Assembly (NCBI GenBank): GCA_964016885.1
Contig: OZ024759.1
Span: 3,968,001 to 4,032,000 of the forward strand
Length of the DNA: 64,000 bases
Source of the DNA: Eledone cirrhosa
Taxonomy: Eukaryota
Direction: 5' to 3'
Shown here in pieces: positions 61,396 to 64,000 of the stretch (within the stretch, counting starts at the first letter, position 1; each line of letters starts with the position of its first letter). The translations under genes were made by a program, and so were the position numbers. The notes under the pieces were generated by a model. The model ran no database searches and was not told where the DNA came from. It worked only from the letters and a program-made list of their open reading frames with translations.

Positions 61396-64000
61396 TCACC
61401 TTGACCGACCAGTCTGTCGGGCGTCCATTCGACGCCGCTGGTCACAGCACGCCGTCCATTCCTCTCCGTATTGTGCTTTCCTCATCCATGTAGTCCCAAT
61501 CATATTCCTAAAATTATCTGCCACCTTCATGGAGGCCTTCCGAGTGGTCGCTTCCACTCGCACGGGTACCACTCCGCAACTGCGCAGGTCCAGTGATTAT
61601 CGGTGAACCGGGCGACGTGTCCAGCCCATCTGAACTTGCTGCGTATATATTGCGCGATGACGTCCCTCACACCGGACTTCTGTCTAATGACTTCGCTCCT
61701 GATGTGCTCTCTCAACAAGATTCCTAGCATTGATCTCTCCATGGCTCTTTGAGCCGTTACCAGCCTCTGCTCTTCTCTCTTCGTTGTAGCCCAAGATTCA
61801 CTGCCATATAACATTGCAGGTAAAACTGTGCTATTGAAGGGGTTGGCGTGGGTGGTCTTGTCCAACCTCCCCTTGAGCACATCCCTTATGCCGCTGAACG
61901 CCTTCCATCCCTTACTCTCTGCGAGATCAGCCTCTCAATGTATTGGCGCATGTTCACTTCTTGTCCTAGGTAGACGTATTCCTCCACCTCCTCTATTTCA
62001 TCACCACCAACCACCATTCGACCTGTTGGTACGTTGTCGGACCGCATGAAGTTCGTTTTCATGCTGTTCATCTTGAGGCCTACTGCAGAGCTTTTGATGT
62101 CGAGCTCCGTCAGCATGGTCTGAAGCCGATCCGTGGTTTCAGCGATGAGTACGATGTCATCAGCGAAACGGAGGTGGGTAAGTATCTCCCCATTGATGGT
62201 GACACCGCCTTGCCAGTCAATGCCTCTGATGATCTGCTCGAGACACGCGGTGAAAACTTTTGGAGAGATCGTATCTCCTTGCTTCACTCCCTTCTCGACC
62301 GGCACTCGTACGGGTGATGACAGCAGAGCTGTGTCGGTGGTGCATCCGGAATTCGCCTCCTTGAGCAGTTGAACGTATTCTGCCTCGACTCCTTGCCTCT
62401 GCAGCGAGTTCAGCACTGCGTTGATTTCGACGCTGTCGAAGGCCTTCTTGTAGTCTACGAACGCGACGCAAAGAGGCATCTTGTACTCTTTTGCTTGCTC
62501 AAGCAGTTGTGTCAGAGTAAATATGTGGTCCATCGTGCTGTAGTTCTTCCGGAAGCCGGCTTGCTCTTTCGGTTGCGGTTCGTCCAGATGATGTGATAAC
62601 CTGTTCAGGATTATCTTCGTGAACAGCTTGTACACGTGAGACAGCAGGAATATGGGTCAGTAGTTCTTCAGATCTTGTCTATCGCCCTTCTTTTATAGCA
62701 GGATGGTATTCGACTCTTTCCACTGCGAGGGTATTCTTCCCTCGTCCAGATCGTGTGTGAATCGCTCGGCGAGGATTTTCCAGAGCTGTTCTCCGCCTGA
62801 CTTCAACACCTCCGATGTTATTCCGTCTTTCCCTGGCGCCTTTCCGCTTTTCATTACACCGACGGCTCTTTCCACCTCACCGACAAGGATGGGTGGCACA
62901 TTTTCTTCCTGTTGGAGTGACGGCAACGGCTGCACATTCCCGGCAGACTTGAAGAGCTTGGTGTAGAAGTCTTCGTAAATCTTTTCCATCTCATTCTTGT
63001 CGCTGACCGGTACTCCAGCTGTGTTCTTCAGGGTCGTCACCTCCGATCTGTACATTGCCATGTCCGTCTCGCATTTCTTGAGGCTCTTCTTTTCCTCTGC
63101 GGCCTTCAGGAGCTTCCCCATCCGGTATGCCTCGAAGTCTCTCTTCAGTTGCCGTATCACTCTGCTGAGAAGGGAATATTCGAGGTGATTTTCAGGTGTC
63201 CTCTTCATAATCTTCCTCTTCTCAAGCAACTTCATAGTTTCCTCCCAGACTCTTCCCTTCCGCTCCTTCGGGCACACACCCTTAGCCTTCCTCAAGCACT
63301 CCTTCAGTTTCCTTATCAGTGAGTCGTAGTCAGCGTCTATGCCGTCTCCTTTACACCACTTTTCCTGCATGATGGCTTCCTGCTGCTGCGCCTCGTTGAA
63401 GACCCAGACGCGTTCTCCCTTCGACGCCAAATGCAGCGCCTTCTTCTCCCTCGTCCGATCGATGACGACCTTCGGCCTCACCAGACGATGATCACTGCCA
63501 GTGTTAAATGGCGTTATGACGAAGACGTCCTGCAGTATACGTCGCTTGTCGACCAGGATGTAGTCGATCTCGTTTCCGTGCTCAGAATTTAGCGATACCC
63601 AGGTCCATCTTTTCTCCTCCTTCTTCCTGAATAGGCTGTTTCCGATGTAGAGCCGTCTCATCTCCGCCATGGTGACCAGACACTCTCCTCTCTCATTTCG
63701 ATCTCCTAGGCCGAATTTTCTTACATACTCTTCCCCTTGCCGTCCCTGTCCGACCTTTGCGTTGAAGTCCCCCATCACGACGGTGTAAGTGGACTTCACA
63801 GCTAGCACTTTGTCTAGCTGGCGATAGAATTCTTCCACTTCCTCGTCGTCGCGTAGGTCTGGATGATCTTGAGGGTGGCCTTCCCTGAGAGGTTTATGTT
63901 CAGTACACCAATCCGTGACGATATGAACTGGCAAGAAGTGACCTTCGAAGCCCATTCCTTGCTTACGATAAACCCTATACCAATCTGGCATCCTCTGCTT
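61396..64000 (-). mobile_element. GC-rich RTE LINE (third family), runs off the window end
   Basis: KIIQTYA, MGDFNAK, EIDYIL, GSDHRL, KAPGKDGI, EQAGFR, FVDYKKAFDS, GVKQGDTISP, LRFADDIV, WAGHVAR. Confidence 0.93.

Noticed and set aside
63852-63991. Novel N-terminus of the 432-aa ORF
   Set aside because: Wrong frame; another frame reads as RTE endonuclease (GIGFIV...KIIQTYA) upstream of a small deletion.

Overview
Repeat-dense, AT-rich eukaryotic DNA, most consistent with an octopod cephalopod (tRNA-derived SINEs, abundant RTE LINEs with (GAT)n tails, a '[14 protein letters not shown]'-type C2H2 zinc-finger gene, (TA)n microsatellites). The left 23.5 kb holds eight phase-1 exons of a minus-strand gene with EGF/laminin-EGF-like repeats and an F-type lectin-like domain. 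It carries several lesions (GG acceptor, 4-bp frameshift, Cys->Trp) and continues off the window start. The rest is mostly transposons: two full-length RTEs (one interrupted by a solo LTR), other RTE-clade copies, a Penelope-like GIY-YIG element with an inverted 5' segment, an internally deleted Gypsy element, a full-length Helitron fused head-to-tail to its own short derivative, piggyBac/hAT/Tc1-mariner MITEs and TE-derived minisatellites. The least expected signal is about ten minimal hammerhead-ribozyme motifs. They include a covarying pair with a ~96-nt branched stem II, and two long palindromes that are each made of two back-to-back hammerheads. All calls were made by eye; no database searches were run.
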